Below are positions 31,499 through 44,500 of a DNA stretch of 64,000 nucleotides, piece by piece. How positions within the stretch are numbered: position 1 is the stretch's first letter; each line of letters begins with the position of its first letter. The translations under genes and the position numbers were made by a program. The notes beneath the pieces are model-generated. The model did not search any database. It was not told where the DNA came from and worked only from the letters and a program-made list of their open reading frames with translations. The DNA comes from Candidatus Babeliales bacterium (GTDB taxonomy: Bacteria; Babelota; Babeliae; Babelales; JACPOV01): assembly GCA_049692255.1 (NCBI GenBank), contig JBAVOR010000016.1, positions 7,006-71,005 of the forward strand, written 5' to 3'.

Positions 31499-32560
31499 AT
31501 GCTTTATTTTTTAGCTCAATATGCGCAAGAATATTGTTCCGTTTTTCACGTTATTCACTACGTGAGTTTCCGTGCTATAGGGGGTTTGCTTACCGCACTC
31601 ATCTGTTCATTTATCTGGGGTAACCGCTTTATTGCCAAAGCAAAGCAGCTCTTTCGCTCGAAAGCGCGTGAGTTGACTCCCGAAAGTCACCGTGCAAAAG
31701 ATAATATGCCCACGATGGGAGGGTTATTTATTTTATGCGTATTCGTGGCCAATGTGCTGCTTTGGTGCAATTTACAGCAACCGAATGTATGGATCTTTTT
31801 ATGCGGCGTAGTTGGGTTTGGTGCCATTGGCTTTTTTGATGATTGGTCAAAGATTTATTATAAAAAAGGAATATCAGCACGTACCAAATTTATACTCCAA
31901 TGGGGCATTAGCCTTATTACGATGGCGCTGTTGCTCAATACCGGCTTTTCTACAACCATAACATTCCCCTTTATTAAATGGTTTCAGCCTGCTCTTGGTA
32001 TGTTTTTTCTTCTGTGGGGGGCGTTTTTGATGACCGCTACCAGCAATGCAGTGAACTTAACCGATGGACTTGATGGGCTTGCAATTGTTTCGCTCATTCC
32101 TAACTTTGCATTTTTTACCGGTGTTTCGTATTTGGCCGGCCATTATCAGCTAGCCCATTATCTGAATATTCCCTTTGCAGGGAGCGCAGAGTTAGCGGTG
32201 ATTGGTGCTATTTTAGTGGGAGCTTCGATTGGCTTTCTTTGGTATAACGCATACCCAGCACAAATTTTCATGGGAGACGTTGGTTCTTTGGCGCTCGGTA
32301 GTGCTTTAGCGTTGCTTGCACTGTTATCTAAGCAAGAACTGTTACTCGCCATTTCTGGCGGGCTCTTTGTGGCGGAAACGCTGTCAGTAATTGCGCAGGT
32401 GTGGTCTTTCCGTTATTTAGGCAAACGGATTTTTCGTATGGCCCCTATGCATCATCATTTTGAGCTATTGGGCTGGCAAGAAGCGAAGATTACCATTCGC
32501 TTTGGTATTATTTCATTAATATTGTGCTTGCTGGCGGCAATTACATTAAAACTGCGGTAA
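31499..32560 (+). CDS. mraY: Phospho-N-acetylmuramoyl-pentapeptide transferase
   Basis: 353 aa polytopic membrane protein. MraY family motifs 'PTMGG' and 'DGLDGLA'. 'HHHFE' region. Confidence 0.85.
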   Translation: MLYFLAQYAQEYCSVFHVIHYVSFRAIGGLLTALICSFIWGNRFIAKAKQLFRSKARELTPESHRAKDNMPTMGGLFILCVFVANVLLWCNLQQPNVWIFLCGVVGFGAIGFFDDWSKIYYKKGISARTKFILQWGISLITMALLLNTGFSTTITFPFIKWFQPALGMFFLLWGAFLMTATSNAVNLTDGLDGLAIVSLIPNFAFFTGVSYLAGHYQLAHYLNIPFAGSAELAVIGAILVGASIGFLWYNAYPAQIFMGDVGSLALGSALALLALLSKQELLLAISGGLFVAETLSVIAQVWSFRYLGKRIFRMAPMHHHFELLGWQEAKITIRFGIISLILCLLAAITLKLR

Positions 32561-33859
32561 GCGTGTTCTTTTTGCGCTTACATACAAGACGACGCCGATT
32601 AAACCAAACATGCCAAAGATAATAATGGGTGCCAGGGAAGCATTGACGATAAAGTTGCGCAAAGAGCCAACCATAAGCAGTGCGCAGCTGACAAGCCCGC
32701 CAATGCACAGCGCTATTTTCTTTTGTTCTTTGTGTGCAGAGAGCAGGTATGTTAAATGACCGATGATGCTCAAGGTAAATGCAATAATGCACCCAAATAC
32801 GCTAATTTGTTGCAAGAGCACAGCGGTTCCACCAGTTACATATAAATGTAAAAGACATACCCCTATTTCTATGATGAAGCAGGCATGCGGTGAACCAAAT
32901 ATATTTTTGTGTGTAAACAGATGACCAAACGGTATGTGATTGTTATGGGCAAGCACATAGAGGTTCCATGCATTACCAAATAAAATGCCATAGCTGCCAC
33001 CCAACGCTGCACATGCAGTAGCGATATATAAGAGAGTAGTTATCGTTTGTTGCGTTGCTGGGGCCATGGCGAGCAGCGCGCTTACTTTGGTCAATAGGGC
33101 TGGGAATATGATCAAATAAGAAGGGCTGTGCATAATTGCAGTATTGAGTAGAACGAAGGCAAAAAATTGATACGCAATAGTGATAGTTACGGTAAAAAGA
33201 AAGGCGCCAATAATAACGCGCGCCGTATTTTTTTCTGGCTTTGCAATGAGCATGCTAATTGAACACGCGGTTTCAAATCCTAAGAATGCATATAACACAC
33301 TAGGAATGGTAGTGCCGATCGCATGCCAACTGGTGGCAGGTATGTACCAATCCTGATACAAAAGAATGCTCGTTATTATAATGCACAACAGTGGTACTAG
33401 TTTTAACACAAGAAAACTAATAATAAAAGCAGTGCCAAAGCGCAGTCCAAAATAGTTGATGATGGCAAATAGCGCCAGTCCAACAGCGTCACACGCGTGT
33501 AAAGGAATGGAATGCTGTAGTACTGCCTGCAGTATCGTAGAAAAAACATGCATCAGCAGTGTTGCAGAGGCGAGCTTGCCGATGAAGTAGAGCCAAGCAC
33601 TAGCGAACCCCCACGGGGCTCCTAATGATGCGCTACTGTATTGATAAAAGCCACCATAGGGATGTTTAGTGGTGATATCAGCAAGGGCAAAAATGAGTGG
33701 TAAGAGCACGAGTGCTACGCAGATATAACTTAAAAATCCCCATACGCCAGCATTGGTTGCTAGGTATGCGGTATTAATAAAAATACCCGATCCAAACATA
33801 GTATTAATGGTAATAAGGAAGGCGGTAAAAAACGAAAGAGACGTGTGTGCAGTGCTCAT
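32546..33859 (-). CDS. Amino-acid permease (APC superfamily)
   Basis: 437 aa, 12 TM-like segments. N-terminal 'GSGIFINTAYLA' resembles the APC consensus. Confidence 0.6.
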   Translation of the reverse strand: MSTAHTSLSFFTAFLITINTMFGSGIFINTAYLATNAGVWGFLSYICVALVLLPLIFALADITTKHPYGGFYQYSSASLGAPWGFASAWLYFIGKLASATLLMHVFSTILQAVLQHSIPLHACDAVGLALFAIINYFGLRFGTAFIISFLVLKLVPLLCIIITSILLYQDWYIPATSWHAIGTTIPSVLYAFLGFETACSISMLIAKPEKNTARVIIGAFLFTVTITIAYQFFAFVLLNTAIMHSPSYLIIFPALLTKVSALLAMAPATQQTITTLLYIATACAALGGSYGILFGNAWNLYVLAHNNHIPFGHLFTHKNIFGSPHACFIIEIGVCLLHLYVTGGTAVLLQQISVFGCIIAFTLSIIGHLTYLLSAHKEQKKIALCIGGLVSCALLMVGSLRNFIVNASLAPIIIFGMFGLIGVVLYVSAKRTRLPQF

Positions 33860-33865
33860 ATAGTG

Positions 33866-34657
33866 TTATTCACATTCTGATGGGCTACATAAATTGCGCT
33901 CATCGGTAGTACGGGTAATAGTGTTATTTTTTTGTAATTCTCGATAAGCAAATGTGTAAATAAGAGAGCTGATAGGCATAGTAACCATAATCCAGATGAT
34001 AGTGAATATTTTACCTGCAAATAAGGTTGCCAAAAAAGCACCGCCATACCAAATAAAAAACCACGTGGCCAGCAGCGCAAAAAGCAGATTAATTTTTTTA
34101 TGGCGCGTTAAAGCAGCGCTTTTTCTAAATGCGGTGATGACGGAACAGTTTTCATCAATAACAAATTGTTGCCAAAAAGGAAACGTGAGTATAAAGATGA
34201 TGCCGGGAACTATTAAAAGAAAACTGCTGATTGCCAAACCAAGGTTAAATAAAAATTCTCCAATAGCACATTTAAGTATAATTGAAAAAGGAGGGATCGC
34301 GTCGCTCAACGAGAACTGTTTTCCATCATATAAACGGAATGCAATGGTAGTAAGTCCTGCGCGCGACCATACGGCAACCAACGAGCAACAGATGCCTGCA
34401 AAGATAATAATAATAACAGCCAGAGTAGTAGTTATCGCAAAGGAAAGTGGCGTGTTAATGATGATATTGCCACCAGCAATAGTCCTGAGTATATAGCTCG
34501 TACTGAGTATGCCCATACCAATAGAAGCTATCGTTCCGAACAGTGCTAAACACCACATTGCGTGAAATAATAAAAAGAACCATAGATTGTTCCATGCGGT
34601 GGTAAATGCCCACTCAAGGGTAGAAAAAACAAATTTTTTCGTGTGTGAAAAGTCCAT
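33866..34657 (-). CDS. Polytopic membrane protein (DUF975/YciC-like)
   Basis: 263 aa, hydrophobic. Internally repeated membrane hairpins. Confidence 0.4.
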   Translation of the reverse strand: MDFSHTKKFVFSTLEWAFTTAWNNLWFFLLFHAMWCLALFGTIASIGMGILSTSYILRTIAGGNIIINTPLSFAITTTLAVIIIIFAGICCSLVAVWSRAGLTTIAFRLYDGKQFSLSDAIPPFSIILKCAIGEFLFNLGLAISSFLLIVPGIIFILTFPFWQQFVIDENCSVITAFRKSAALTRHKKINLLFALLATWFFIWYGGAFLATLFAGKIFTIIWIMVTMPISSLIYTFAYRELQKNNTITRTTDERNLCSPSECE

Positions 34658-34998
34658 GTATATCCTCGTGATTGCCTGTAATCCGGCGTTTAGATATCTA
34701 TCCTTCCTTATAAAACTAGCAAAAAATGAGCACTATTGCAAAAAAACAGATATAAATTTACAAATAAATAATATTTTTAGGCGACTTGCAGGGGCAATAG
34801 TTTTCTGTTAAATTTCGACCCTGCGGTCTGATAACAGTGAATTGCATACACTTTAAAAGTCGAGGAGGACTTGCCTATGATGTTCAAACAGTTATCTGCT
34901 CATGCAATGATTATGGTTGCGTTACATGACAATACACTAGGTTCTGTGAACCAATTTTCTGCGTTCGCTCTTTATCCTATCAAGCGTAACTTTATGCG

Positions 34999-35322
34999 AT
35001 GTGTCCGTCGAAGCTCCTGTCTCTCCGTAGTTTAGCGAAGTCGGAAGCCTGGATCGCGATGAGCGCTTCTCTGGTGGCTTTATGTTTTTTGCTCATAGAA
35101 CCTAGAGATTATGCATCAGTAGGATTGGTAAATAAAATGCCCACTCTTAATGATTCGTACGAAAGCATTATTCATGTTAATCCTTCTCGGTCAACCATTG
35201 GATTGGGTTTTTTATATAAACATGCTTTTACTGGTATGTATCGCGGTAAAGATTATTGGATGCGTATTAATATACCTCTTATGACCGTTTGGGGCATTGA
35301 TTGGTTTTTCTGGCGAATTTAG
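34999..35322 (+). CDS. Small hypothetical protein (uncertain)
   Basis: 107 aa ORF in an otherwise ~940 nt non-coding gap. Followed by a terminator at 35403. No clear Shine-Dalgarno. Confidence 0.2.
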   Translation: MCPSKLLSLRSLAKSEAWIAMSASLVALCFLLIEPRDYASVGLVNKMPTLNDSYESIIHVNPSRSTIGLGFLYKHAFTGMYRGKDYWMRINIPLMTVWGIDWFFWRI

Positions 35323-35402
35323 TGGTAAAAATGATGCTGCCTTAAACCGTTGGACCATCTGGGCCGGCGGTGGCGTCACATTCTAGACCCTGTCAACCCA
35401 TT

Positions 35403-35441
35403 AAAAAGCCTCGACGAATGTAGATTCAGTCGGGGCTTTTT
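35403..35441 (+). terminator. Rho-independent terminator-like hairpin upstream of the giant gene
   Basis: 'aaaaagcctcgac-gaatgtagattca-gtcggggcttttt'. 8/9 bp stem flanked by an A-run and a T-run. Confidence 0.5.
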
Positions 35442-35596
35442 AATTTGAACTAAAAACGTATTTGATTATAAGAAATAATTTCGCTGCAAAAAAAAGCAAA
35501 AAAACTATTGTATAAGTATGCTTGCATTTTTTAAAAGGATTTGATTTTATCAATCTAATTGATTGTGTCCTGATATCTAAAAAAAGGTTGAGTGAT

Positions 35597-38500
35597 ATGT
35601 ATGGATTAACTATTTTTCTGGCGATGTTATTTTCTTCTTTTGCTTCTCTTGACGCTACTCTGCAAACAAGACGTTTTCATAATATTCTGGTTGGAAATAA
35701 TACCACTACAAATTATCTCAATGTTTTAAGACAAGTATTTATTGATGGGGATCTTTTTGTAAAGGGAACCATTAATGGTTCAGGGGGAAATTCAGGATTT
35801 ATTCAAGCAGTGCCAGGAGCGACGATTAATGCGGTACCACGGTTTGCTAATGCCAATGGTTCACAGCTCGCTAATTCTTCTGTTTTAATCGATAATGCGG
35901 GCAACGTCACGTTAAATGGTATTACTAAAAATGGTATTACTGTTGCATGGCCATCAACTGCTGGTGCTGCGGGCACGTTTTTAGCGAATGATGGTGCGGG
36001 TAATTTAGTATATGCTACCCCTGCTGGTGCAGGTAACGTATCAACAGCATTAAATTTTACCACTAACAATGCATTAACGCGTGTTGATCTACCCAGTGGA
36101 GTAAATAATATTCAACAATCGGTGGTGACGCTTGATAATAGCGGCAACATTGCCGGGGTGAATCAATTAGTAGCAGGAACTTTTTTTGGTTCTTTGCAAG
36201 GTAATGCGGCCAGTGCTACTAATTTTACTGGGTCATTAGCGGGTGATGTGAGTGGTACACAAACTGCTACTGTTGTCAATTCGGTAGGCGGTCAGTCTGC
36301 TGCTGCTGTGGCAAATGCTGCATTCGCAGTTACGAATGCAACGCCAAACAGTGTGCCGAACACGCTGGTTGAACGTGATGCATCACGTAACTTTAGTGCG
36401 GGTACTATTACGGCCAGCTTAATGGGCGCTGCATCATTAAATGTGCTAAAAAGTGGCGATACCATGACAGGCCCTTTGGTAATGGGGACGCAGACAGCAG
36501 TTCGTCTACAAGATGCGGGTGGTACGAACTATGTGGGGTTGAATGCACCCAGCAGTGTAACTAGTAGTTATACCATGAGCATGCCGGGCACAGCACCGGT
36601 CTCTGGGCAATTTTTACAAGCCTCTGCAGCCAATGCATTGCAGTGGGCAGACATTGGGGGTTTACCATCGACTGGTCGTACTATTTATGTATCAAAAGAT
36701 GGCAGTGATAGTAACGATGGTTCGCTTTCTGCTCCTTTTTTAACCGTTGCACATGCGTTACTAGTCGCTAATACGCTTTCAACAATTTCTAATCCTGTGG
36801 TGGTGCAAGTCGGCGCCGGTGCGTTTATAGAAAACAACTCTGGTGGCGCTTTGGCTATTACAGCAGATGGCATCACGCTTAAAGGTGGTTCAAACCAAGC
36901 AACCATTATTGCACCAACAACGTTATCGATTAACTTATTTAATGTGACAACTCCGAATGTATTATTCAGGGATATTAATCTCAACGCTGGTGTGAGTGGG
37001 TCTACGGCAGCTGCTATTAATATTAATGTGGGGGTCACGGGATTCGGCGGTGGTTGTACTAACGTAAACATTGCACAGTTCCAAACAGGTATTGCACTTA
37101 ACAATTCCAACAGCACTCCTCCCATATTTGTTATCAATTCTGTCAATGCGCAAGGCAATGGTACCGCTGTAGCGGTCAGTAATTACCGTCTTATTATGCA
37201 AAGTTCATCAATATTGGGCCCTTATCTTTCGAGCATTATTCAAAATACCGGCATTTCATTAACGGGTATTAATACGTTGGCAACCATAGATTCATGTGTG
37301 TTTAGATTGTTATTGAACGGCATTACGGTAGCTGGCGGTGCCCCTTTGCGCATTACTGGCAGCCAATTTATTAATATGCAAAACGGCATAGTGTGTTCAG
37401 GAGGGGGTAATGCAGACGTTGTTGGTTGTAATTTCCTGGTGAATACTACTAGTTCAATCAATGTCTCTGCATCAGGAGCTGGCACAACAGTAATAATTGA
37501 TGGTGCAATTTTTAATTGTGTTGATGCTACCAACACGCCGCAGGGAACTGCTGTGCAAGTAACAACGGGTGGATCATTAACGGTGAACTCATCCACTATT
37601 TCAGGTGCAGCACTTGGCATGCAAGCTGGCGCAGCAGGAGATACGAGTACGACAACACTGTTGTCTGTTGGTACCGATATTATTGGTTGTACCGCTGACT
37701 TTACTCAAGCAGGTACATCAACATTCAGATTTGTCGGCGGAGTATTTGATTCTAATTTGGTCACTATTGCCAACGGCACGAATGTCCATCTTTCTCTATT
37801 TGACAGAACCTCTGGCGAAGCATTAACGATTGGTAACAGCACAGATACGAGCCAAGTATTGTACCGCGCATTCAATGGTGAAGCATCATTACCTTTTACC
37901 TCGTATGAGCCAAACTATTATGGCTCTAAAGGGCTTCTTTTCCAAAATCCCAATGCAGATGCAACATTCAGTGGTGTGCAGGCAGCCAGTAATGATGCAA
38001 ACTATTATGTCGTTACCGGCAGCAATACGAATCAAGCGGGCATTAATTTAATTTCTGATACATTAAATATTGGGACTTCTGACTTTGTGCGTGGCTGGAA
38101 TATCAGCAAATTAGGCACATCAGGTAATTTAACGTTCAACTATTCAAATAATGACACTGGTGGCCAAGCAGCGCGCGGCAGCAACCCAGTGATGCAACTG
38201 GATGGCTTTAATAATCAGGTGTTATTTCCCGCGGCAATCAACTCGCCGCTACCGACAAACACCGTGGCTAAATTGGTCTGGAATGGTGATACCGATTTAT
38301 ATCGTGGTGCTGCAGGCACGCTGCAAACAGATGGTAATTTAATTGTTGGCGGTTTAACACCAAACACCGCTGTGACTACTAATGGCAGCGATCAATTAAC
38401 ATCGAGCGTAACCACTGCAACGGAACTGGGCTATGTGTCTGGCGTTACTTCTGCTATACAACCACAGATTAATAATAAAGTTTCAAAAACGGGTGACACG

Positions 38501-41500
38501 ATGACCGGGCCATTGATAATGGCAACACAAACCCCCATTCGTTTTCAAGATGCGGGAGGTGTTAACTATGCAGCTCTCAATGCACCAACTGCAGTAAGCA
38601 GTAGTTATACAGTCAGCTTGCCAACAGCGGCGCCGGCAGCAGCGCAATTTTTACAAGCAGCAACTCCGACAACATTGCAATGGGCAAGTATTGGGGGGGT
38701 GCCCAATGTGAGTCGTACCATCTACGTAGCACAGGGGGGTAATGATAGTAACGATGGCTCATTATCTGCCCCATTTGCTACAATTGCGCATGCGGTGGCA
38801 GTAGCTAATACGTTATCAACATTAACCAATCCGGTGGTGGTTCAAGTTGGTGCTGGCACCTTTATTGAAAATAATTCAGGTGGAGCAATTGCCATCACTG
38901 CAGATGGTATTACCATTAATGGCAGCTCTATTACGGGGACCATTGTAGTACCAAATACGATTTCTAATGCATTATTTAATGTAACAACACCGAACGTACT
39001 CTTTTCTAATATCTATCTCGATGCGGGAACTACGGGATCAACAGCAGCGGGTATTAACGTGAACACCAGTACTACTGGTGAAGGTGGCTGTCATGATATT
39101 GTGCTTTCGCGTTTCCAAACTGGCCTAGCTATCAATAATTCAAATGTAAGCAGCTCCCCTATATTTATTATTAGTTCAATCGAAACGCAAGGGAACAGCA
39201 CTGCTATTGCGGTCAATAATTACCGCGCTATTATTCAAGGTTCTTCATTCTTAGGGCCATTTGTTGCAGGGGCCATTGCGAATACCGGTATTGCATTGAC
39301 GGGAACTCAGACATTAGCAACCTTACTCGCTAACTCATTTCGATTGTTAAGTACTGGCATTACTATCACTGGTGGTGCAGATATGCGTATTACAGGCAGC
39401 AACTTTGATAACATGCAAAATGGGGTAAGCTGTTCTGGTGGCAGTAATGCAGAAATAGTGGGATGCAATTTTATAATTAATGAAGCATCATCGGTGAACA
39501 TATCGGCAGCGGGAGCTGGAACGAATGTTATAGTCAATGGTTGTATTATCGATTGTGCCGATGTGACTGATGCACAGCAAGGAACAGCAGTACAATCGAC
39601 AACCGGTGCAATATTGGTTGTTGGTGCATCAAATATTTCGGCAGCGGCTGTCGGTATCCAATGTGGCACCACGGGCGATACGAGTAGTACCATAGTTGCT
39701 GTATTTTCTACGAATCTGGTTGGTTGTATTAATGATATTACTCAAGTAGCTACAGCAAACCTTCAATTTGTAGGTGGTGTATTTGATTCCAACTTACTGA
39801 GCATTGCCAACAGTGCCAACGTAACCATTTCTGCATTTGATCGATTTTCTAATAATGCGTTAACAATTGGTAATAAAACTGATGTTAGTCAACCTCTTTA
39901 TAAAGTATTAAATGGTGAAGCCTCGTTACCATTTACCTCTTATGAACCAAACTATTATGGCAATAAAGGGCTTCTGTATCAAAACCCGAATGCTGACGCA
40001 ACATTTAATGGTGTGCAAGCGGCCAGCAATGATGCTAACTATTATGTCATTACCGGCAGCAATACCAACCAAGCAGGCATCAACTTAATTTCTGATACAT
40101 TAAATATTGGGACTTCTGATTTTGTGCGTGGTTGGAATATCAGTAAATTGGGTACGTCAGGTAATTTAACATTCAACTATTCAAATAATGACACTGGTGG
40201 CCAAGCAGCGCGTGGTAGCAATCCAGTGATGCAGCTTGATGGATTTAATAATCAAGTGTTATTTCCCGCGGCAATCAATTCACCGCTACCGACAAACACC
40301 GTGGCTAAATTGGTCTGGAATGGTGATACCGATTTATATCGTGGTGCGGCAGGCACGCTGCAAACAGATGGTAATTTAATTGTTGGCGGTTTAACACCAA
40401 ACACCGCTGTGACTACTAATGGCAGCGATCAATTAACATCAAGCGTAACCACTGCAACGGAAATTGGATTTGTTTCTGGCGTCACTTCTGCAATACAGAC
40501 CCAGCTTAATAGTAAATTTCCTGCATCGGGTGGTACATTGACCGGTCCGCTGACATTACCTGCAGGAACTGCAGCGGCGCCATCATTAAATTTTGCTGGA
40601 AGCACTACTACGGGCCTTTCTGCCGCAACGGCAAATACGTTATCCTTTGATACGAATGGTGTTGAACGAATGAAAATCGGAGCAACGGGGACGATAGCTA
40701 TTGATGGATTTACCACTGCGGGTGTAGTACATAATGACGCAAGTGGAAATTTGAGCAGTTCGTTAATTGTTGATGCAGATATTACTACTGGCACCATTAC
40801 CGATGATAAATTACAAACGATTACCACCGGCGGCAAAGTAGCAAACTCTGCTACCACTGCAACATCAGCAAATACACTCAGTACCATTGTCTTGCGTGAT
40901 GGGACTACTGGTGGTTTTAGTGCTGGTGCAATCAGCGCAACGAGCGTAACGGCATCAGCAAATCCTGGATTTTTTGGTAATTTATCGGGCAATGCGACAA
41001 GCGCAACTACTGCTGCATCTGCTACGAGCTTTACTGGTCCATTGCTCGGTGATGTGACCGGTACGCAAAGTGCAACGGTAGTATCAACCGTTGGTGGAGC
41101 TACTGCGGCTGCAGTAGCAACGGCTGCTAATGCAGTAGCCAATGCAACTAATCTGGCTACACCAAGCACCTTGGTATTGCGCGATAGTTCCGGTAATTTT
41201 AGCGGAGGAACTATTACTGCCACAACAGGCTTTTCAGGGAACTTGACGGGTAATGTGACTGGCAATGCCACAACGGCAACGAGCGCAAACACGGCTGGGT
41301 CAGCAACTAATTTTACTGGCTCATTGTCTGGTGATGTCACAGGAACACAGGGCGCAACGGTGGTGAGCTTTGTTGGAGGAAAATCGGCTGCATCAGTTGC
41401 CAATACCGTTACTACCGTGAATGCAGCAACAAGCAATAACACACCAAATACGCTTGTCTTACGTGACGGTAGTGGTAACTTTACTACTAATCAGATTACT

Positions 41501-44500
41501 ATTGCCGGTTCGGTAACAAATCCAACAGATACAGCAACCAAAGCATATGTTGATAGCGTCGCAGCAACCGGGTTAGAAGTGCATACCCCTGCAGTAGTAG
41601 TCAGTACCACTAATGTTGCACTCAGCGGGCTACAAACGATTGATGGCATAACACTAGTTGCTGGAAATCGTGTACTTTTGGTTGGCCAGACCAGTCAAGT
41701 GCAAAATGGGTTATGGGTAGCAGCATCAGGTTCATGGACACGACCAACCGATTTCGCAACGGGTACTGAGGCAGGCCAAGCATATGTGCTTATTTTAGAA
41801 GGTACTAATTTTGGCGGCTCAAGTTGGGTATGTACGACGTCCACAGCAATCATTGATACAGATCCAATTACTTTTGTTGAGTTTTCCCTACCATCACAAA
41901 CTACGGGGGCCAATTTAGGTTCTGGTACTGGTATTTTTGCTAACAAAACTGGCCAAACGCTTAACTTTAAAAGTTTGCTGGAAGGAACCCATGTTGTTAT
42001 AACCAATGATGCTAATACGGTAACACTGGCAACCGACGCAACGAGCGCAGACACCATCAGCACTATAGTAGCACGTGATGGTTCCGGTAATTTTAGTGCA
42101 GGTACTATTACCGCGAGTTTAATTGGTGCGGCATCATTAAACGTATTAAAAGCGGGTGATACCATGACAGGGCCATTAGTTATGGCTACCCAAACGCCAA
42201 TACGTTTTCAAGACGCTGGTGGCACAAACTATGCGGCATTACAGGCTCCAGCAGCGGTAAGTAGCAGTTATGCCGTTGCATTACCGACCGCTGCACCAAA
42301 TGCGGGGCAATATTTACAAGCACTTTCGTCTACTTCCTTACAATGGGCATCGGTCGGTGGTACACCAAACGTGAGTCGTACTATATACGTATCCCAAGAT
42401 GGAAGTGATAGTAATAATGGGTCATTCTCATCACCATTTTTAACTATTGCGCATGCAGTATCGGTTGCAAATAGTCTTTCGACATTAACTAATCCGGTAG
42501 TAATTCAAGTGGGTGCAGGGGTGTTTGTAGAAGATAACTCTGGCGGCGCTATTACTATTACGGCAGATGGCATTACTTTAAATGGTGCGTCTACGATCGG
42601 CACCATCGTAGTGCCAAACACCTTATCAAACACGCTGTTTAATGTTACATCGCCGAATGTGTTATTTTCTAATATCTATCTCGATGCGGGAACTACGGGA
42701 TCTACTGCAGCGGGCGTAACGATCAATACAAGTATCACCGGTGATGGTGGATTTTTAAATGTAGTTCTTTCTCGCTTCCAGACCGGTTTGTCAATTAATA
42801 ACTCAAATATAAGTAGTACGCCGATATTTATCGCTGATGGTATTGAAACGCAAGGCAATGGTACAGCTATCGCGGTAACCAATTACCGTGTTATTATTCA
42901 ATGTTCATCGTTCTTAGGGCCTTTTGGTAACGCAGGATCAATTCAAAATACTGGAATTGCATTGACTGGATCAAGCACATTAGCAACGATGTTGGCCTGC
43001 TCATTTCGTTTATTGAATACGGGTATTTCGGTAACAGGCGGAGCGGCCATGCGTACTACGGGAAATAATTTTGATAATATGCAAAATGGTATTGTCTGCT
43101 CTGGGGGCGGTGATGCGAATATTGTTGGTTGTAACTTTCTTGTTAATGAATCTTCTTCAGTGAACGTGTCTGTAGCGGGCGTTGGTACTGAAGCTATAGT
43201 TAGTAGTTGCATATTCGATTGCCCTGATGCAACTGATACGCCGCAAGGTACAGTGGTGCAAGCAACAACTGGTGCATCATTAACAGTTAATTCATCTACC
43301 ATAACGGGGGCCGTTGTTGGTATTCAATGTGGTACGACTGGAGATACCAGCAGTACTGTGGTTACGATAGATTCAACTGATTTGCAAGAATGCACTAATG
43401 ATATTATGCAAGTGGGTACGTCGACGCTTCGTTTTGTAGGTGGCGTATTTGATACGAATGCAATAAGTATTGCCGATGGTACCAATGTGCATATTTCTGC
43501 TTTTGATAGAACTTCTGGTGAAGCGTTAACGATTGGTAATAATACTGATGCGAGTCAAATGGTGTATCGTGTGCTCAATGGCCAAGCCGCATTACCTTTT
43601 GTATCGTATGAGCCCAACTATTATGGCAACAAAGGACTTTTATATGAAAACGCCAATGCAGATGCAACATTTAATGGTGTGCAAGCAGCAAGTAACGATG
43701 TGAGTTATTATTTAGTTACGGGCAATAACACGAATCAGGCGAGTATTAATTTAATTTCTGATACGGTCAATTTTGGCACTAGTGATTCGGTACGTGGCTG
43801 GAATATTAGTAAATTGGGTACATCTGCTAATTTGACCTTCAATTATTCGAACAATGACACCAGCGGACAAGCAGCACGCGGTAACAATCCGGTGATGCAA
43901 CTCGATGGATTTAATAATCAGGTTTTATTTCCGGCTGCTACCAATACCCCATTACCAACTAACACTGTAGCAAAATTAGTTTGGGCTGGTGATACGAATC
44001 TATATCGCACAGCTGCCAATACGCTGCAAACGGATGGTAATTTTATTATCGGTGGCAATCTCACTGTTGATGCTCTAACGTCTGGTGCAGTAAATCCAAA
44101 TACCGCTATAGTGACTAACGGAACTAATCAATTACTTTCCAGTGTTACCACGGCAACGGAAATTGGATTTGTTTCTGGCGTCACTTCGTCAATACAAACA
44201 CAGCTGAATAGTAAATTTCCTGCATCGGGTGGTACATTGACCGGTCCGCTGACATTACCTGCAGGAACTGCAGCGGCACCATCATTAAATTTTACGGGCA
44301 GCACTACTACGGGCCTTTCTGCTGCAACGGCAAATACGTTATCATTCGATACGAATGGTGTTGAAGCTATGAATATTAATGCAAGTGGGGTAGTGAGTAT
44401 TGATGCATTTACCACTGCAGGTGTAGTACATAACAATGCAAGTGGTAATTTGAGCAGCTCCCTTATTGTTGATGCAGACATTACTACTGGCACCATTACC

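Noticed and set aside
34658-35596. tmRNA (ssrA) or RNase P RNA in the long gap
   Set aside because: I searched by eye for the tmRNA 5' 'GGGG...GGATTCGAC', the tag-ORF '...ALAA-stop', the T-arm 'GGTTCGA.TCC...CCA' and RNase P 'GGAAAGTCCGG' signatures on both strands and found none. No call made.
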